The position numbers and the translations under genes are program-made. A stretch of DNA of 64,000 nt, taken from Psammoneis japonica. Lineage: Eukaryota. This document shows, piece after piece, positions 60,401 through 64,000 of this stretch (position 1 is its first letter; every line of letters starts with the position of its first letter). The notes below the pieces were generated by a model. It did no database searches, was not told the DNA's origin, and saw only the letters and a program-made list of their open reading frames with translations. The stretch covers positions 248,001 through 312,000 of the forward strand of contig QPGO01000006.1 of NCBI GenBank assembly GCA_008632985.1, in the 5' to 3' direction.

Positions 60401-63400
60401 GGTCCTGGAAGATCTGGTCATTGTCTGCTGCTCTTGTTTTCAAATGTTGGCATTGGTGTGATCATGACTCTTTTAAGCTCCCCACCAGTTCCCAGCAGTG
60501 TTTGTGTGTTTTTTTTTTTGAACATGCAAAGCATGCACACTCTCGTGACCCCATCTCTCAATGTGCAATCACTTGCATTGCTGGCATTTGCATCTTTGAG
60601 CACACAGATGTGCATTTCATCAAGAAGATCCAATCTGGCACACCACTCACCTGCTGTTGGGCAGACACAAATTTGTGTTGTTTCACACATGCACAAATTG
60701 CTTGTCATGTGTGCCAACCCAGGCACAGCAGTGTCCATGCAAAAGAGCTTGGCACTTTGTGTTTGCAGCCAACCACACAATGTGCAGCTGTCTTGTGAGA
60801 CTGGGATCCACTTCAAAGCACTCATGGTGTGCCCACACATGTGCCTGTTGTGCAAACTCAGTGCAGAGAACACTGTGACAGTCATTGAGGTTGGTTCTTT
60901 GTGGCTGCCAATGCACCATTTTCACAGACAACCACACCACACAATGCATGGCTGTCTCAAAGCCCCGCTCCACTTTGTGGCACTCCTCTGCACATGTTTG
61001 CACTTGCACAAATTCATGCAGAAAACATTGGTGCTTGCTGAGCTTGGGTCTCAATGAGCACTCATGTTTCCCCTGTGCTTCTGCCCAATGAAGCGGCGCT
61101 GCTGCAATTTTGCAATGCAGCACAACATCAACCCACAGGGTGTCCTCATCCAACCAACTCACCCTGCCATTTCTGCAGTCTGTCTCCAATGCAACAATGA
61201 GGCAGGCCTTGATGGGGAGGACTTTGAAAAGCCTTTCAGACATGGGTTTGAAACATTTCTGGTGAGACATCTCAAAACAAGAGCTCCTTTGCAGCACAAG
61301 TTGAGACAGGTGCAAGGTGAAATTTGCCACAACGTGTCAGACAATCAACAACACATCAAGCCTGGAAGATGATGACACATCACTTGTCAGTGATGTCAAC
61401 CATGAGGTTGCAAAATGCCAGGGTTTTCCTGCACCCACAATTTGAGTGTGTGGTGCACCAATGGAGCTCAGTGGTCAAATTGAGGCTTGTTGAGTGATCA
61501 ACCCCACCTCAGGCAATCCTTCCCACATCTTCTGAAGACTTCAAATTTGCAGTCAACAATGCAAACATTTTGCAGGTGTGAAGAAAGAAAACAGAGCTTG
61601 GCAGTTGCTGTTCCATGATGACATGGATGAAATTGAAAAGACACGGTGGCTGGCAGACCATGGGGTGTCAATGGAGCACAGATCACAAGCTTGCATGTCA
61701 CAATTTGGCAGCAGAGGAGTGAAAGAAAGGGAAATGGGCAAGCTCCCAGCAGCCTGCATTGCCCCCAATCACAAGCTCCAATGTTTCTGCTTTTTGCAAT
61801 TTTCTGTTCTTGATTTTGCAGACTCAACTTCCTTGCTTTTTTCCTCAAACAGCAGTCTCTCTTCACACTGAAATCAGCGCGGCTTGACTCAGCTGAGCTG
61901 TGATGTGAACTCTGCTTTGCCAATGCTGCCATTGATTCTCAGTGAGTCAACAAGCGCTGCAGCACAACATGGGGATGCTGTGTGCCAATGACACACTTGC
62001 ATTCCATCTTCTTGACCACATCAAGATGATTGAAGATCTGATGGTTGAAGCACTCAGACAAAGCTTTGGAGACACCACCTTGATCAAAACCTTGGAACCT
62101 GTGCCAGCTGCTGCCAACATGTGGAAGTGTGCCACACTGAGATCTTTGTGAGCTGGAGGGAAGAGTTGCCAAAGAAAAATCTGTGCAGTCTTTGCCAGAG
62201 TGGGAACTCAAAAGTGAGAGCTTCCAGAGACTTTTTGTCACTCTCAACATCTCCAAGAGCACTTGAGTTGCAAGTGTCTGGTTTGGTCATGAAAAGCACC
62301 ACAGAACCAAGAAAATCCTTGCAGCCCCCAAAAAAGTCAGCTGGACATTGATTTTCTCTTTTGGCAATTCTTGGTTGAACCAAAAGTTGAGACAGCTGTG
62401 ATGAAGCTTGACTTCATTGTGGGCAAGGTGCTGGCAGCAGTCAGCTGGGTTTTGTGCTGAGCTTTTGGGTTGGCAGCATCAAACTTGTGGAGATGGTCTC
62501 AAATGAACTCATGACCTTGATGCCAGATTTGTTCTTGACATTGTGGGGCAAGACATTTCTTGGCAATGACCTTTTTCCAGTTCTTGGGCAGTTTGGATGA
62601 AACAATCCTTGCCCAACTCATCAACAGAGGTGTGTAAAAAACCAAGTTGGCTGCTGAACTTGGAAGTCATTGCAGAAGCTTGTTGATGTCAACAAGAGCA
62701 TTTGATTGAGCCAGTTGCTTCCAGGTGGTGTGGCACTGTGATGCAAAGCTGCAGGCAGTCGACAGACTCTTTTGCTTGCAGCTGCCATCTGATGTGGAGT
62801 GACCAACATGACAAGTGGCATGAGGCAAGTGTTGGACCCTGCCATCAAAGAACCCACAAACTTGGAGTTGCAGCCATGGCAGCCATTGCTGGCTGCCTCA
62901 ACACTGGCATTGAAGACACTGGGGCTTTTGTGCTGTGTCCCTCACATGGCAGCAGGGTGCTTTGGCAACAACACTGTGCCCAACTTGTTTCCGGGCTCAA
63001 AGCAAAATGGTCATTTGCGGTGATGACCTTGTGAGGAGAGCTGCGGGCTGTTCAGCTGAACACTTGATGTTCCTGCTTCTGAGCTGGAGTTCACCACACC
63101 TCCATGCAAGGGTGAATGGCAGCACCAGCACCAATTGGTTCAAAAATTGTGGTCATTGCTGCAGTTGCATCAAAAAGGCACCAATCTTGAGACATTGTCA
63201 AATTGAATTGCAGCCAGCCCCAACACTCTGCACATCACTTGTGCTGTCTTTCTGCACGCTGCTGAAGCTGTGCAGCCACATTCACACTGTGCAGTGTTGC
63301 AGAGCTGCAGCACCACACTTGCCAAATGCAGTTTTTGAGCTGACTTTCCTCTTCTCACCCAAAACATGCACACAGCACCTTGAAGCTTGCCATGGTCTGT

Positions 63401-64000
63401 GTGCACTGAATCTGCCATCAAGAAATGGGGTCCAAGCACAGAGACAAATGCCAGAGTGTTTTCTCAGAAACACACAAAACAGCCACATCAGAGCCCAGCT
63501 GCTGCCACTGAGCATCTTTGGAAGCCTGGTGATTGGCAAAACAGATGTTCTTGGCTGGAGGTGATTGACTGCAATGTGAGGCCCTGCATGTGACTCATCA
63601 TTCTGTCAGCACTGGTGTTTTGTGATTGAATCACAGCCACCATGGTGGCCGAGTGCTTTTTGAAATGCATGGGTGATGCTTGGGTTGTTTCTCAATTGGA
63701 TGCCACCCAAGCTTGCAATCCCAACTGCACCAAAAACAACAATTTGCAGTTGTGCTTTCATTTGAAACAATTGAACTGGCACCAGTGGGAAAAATGATCA
63801 AGTTGTTCACCAGTGGATTGGACAACATCATCATCCCCACTCCAGCTTCACGAGCCTCTTGCTTCTGGAAAGCACACCGCAGCCAATGCAGCCATGATGA
63901 TTGGGGTTTTCCAAATCAACCAAGAGATGCTCGCATGGCACTCAAGACAAGAGCCATCATGGTGGCAAACCGAGGCACATGTGAAAGTTGGCATCTGCTT
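57482..64000. other. Hypermutated tract B: TpA-erased and CpG-depleted, probably decayed TE or gene sequence; runs off the window end
   Basis: Manual scan finds 10 TA in about 6.5 kb and none between 60476 and 62634. About 40 CG remain. ORFs are Tyr-free and Cys/His-rich. Confidence 0.92.

Noticed and set aside
57700..64000. Dense overlapping Cys/His-rich ORFs (e.g. 60047-61057) as real genes, metal-binding proteins or an alternative genetic code
   Set aside because: They follow from TA loss, which removes TAA/TAG stops and Tyr codons in all six frames. No recognisable domains.

Overview
Gene-dense, intron-containing eukaryotic nuclear DNA. The gene content (frustulin-type Cys repeats, bipartite plastid targeting, PtD5-like desaturase, VDE-like protein) points to a diatom, probably pennate (inference). 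It holds about 22 genes, including organellar bL19, eS10, UBA1, a PEX4-like E2, UTP5/WDR43, a delta-5 desaturase, an alpha-carbonic anhydrase, three frustulin-repeat/PhoX phosphatase fusions, three metzincin peptidases, two sulfotransferase-like proteins and a GT47-GT31 fusion, plus a PIF/Harbinger-type MITE. Many genes, including essential ones, carry 1-nt frameshifts that are probably assembly errors. The standout signal is two sharply bounded multi-kb tracts (about 1586-5444 and 57482 to the window end), plus a small patch at 26518-26863, in which TpA is almost completely erased; in the two large tracts CpG is also strongly depleted. A gene fragment inside the first tract aligns to its intact paralogue 4 kb away and shows TA->TG/CA together with CG->TG/CA. 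This suggests a regional, RIP-like but chemically different hypermutation process (A:T->G:C at TpA). All counts are manual.
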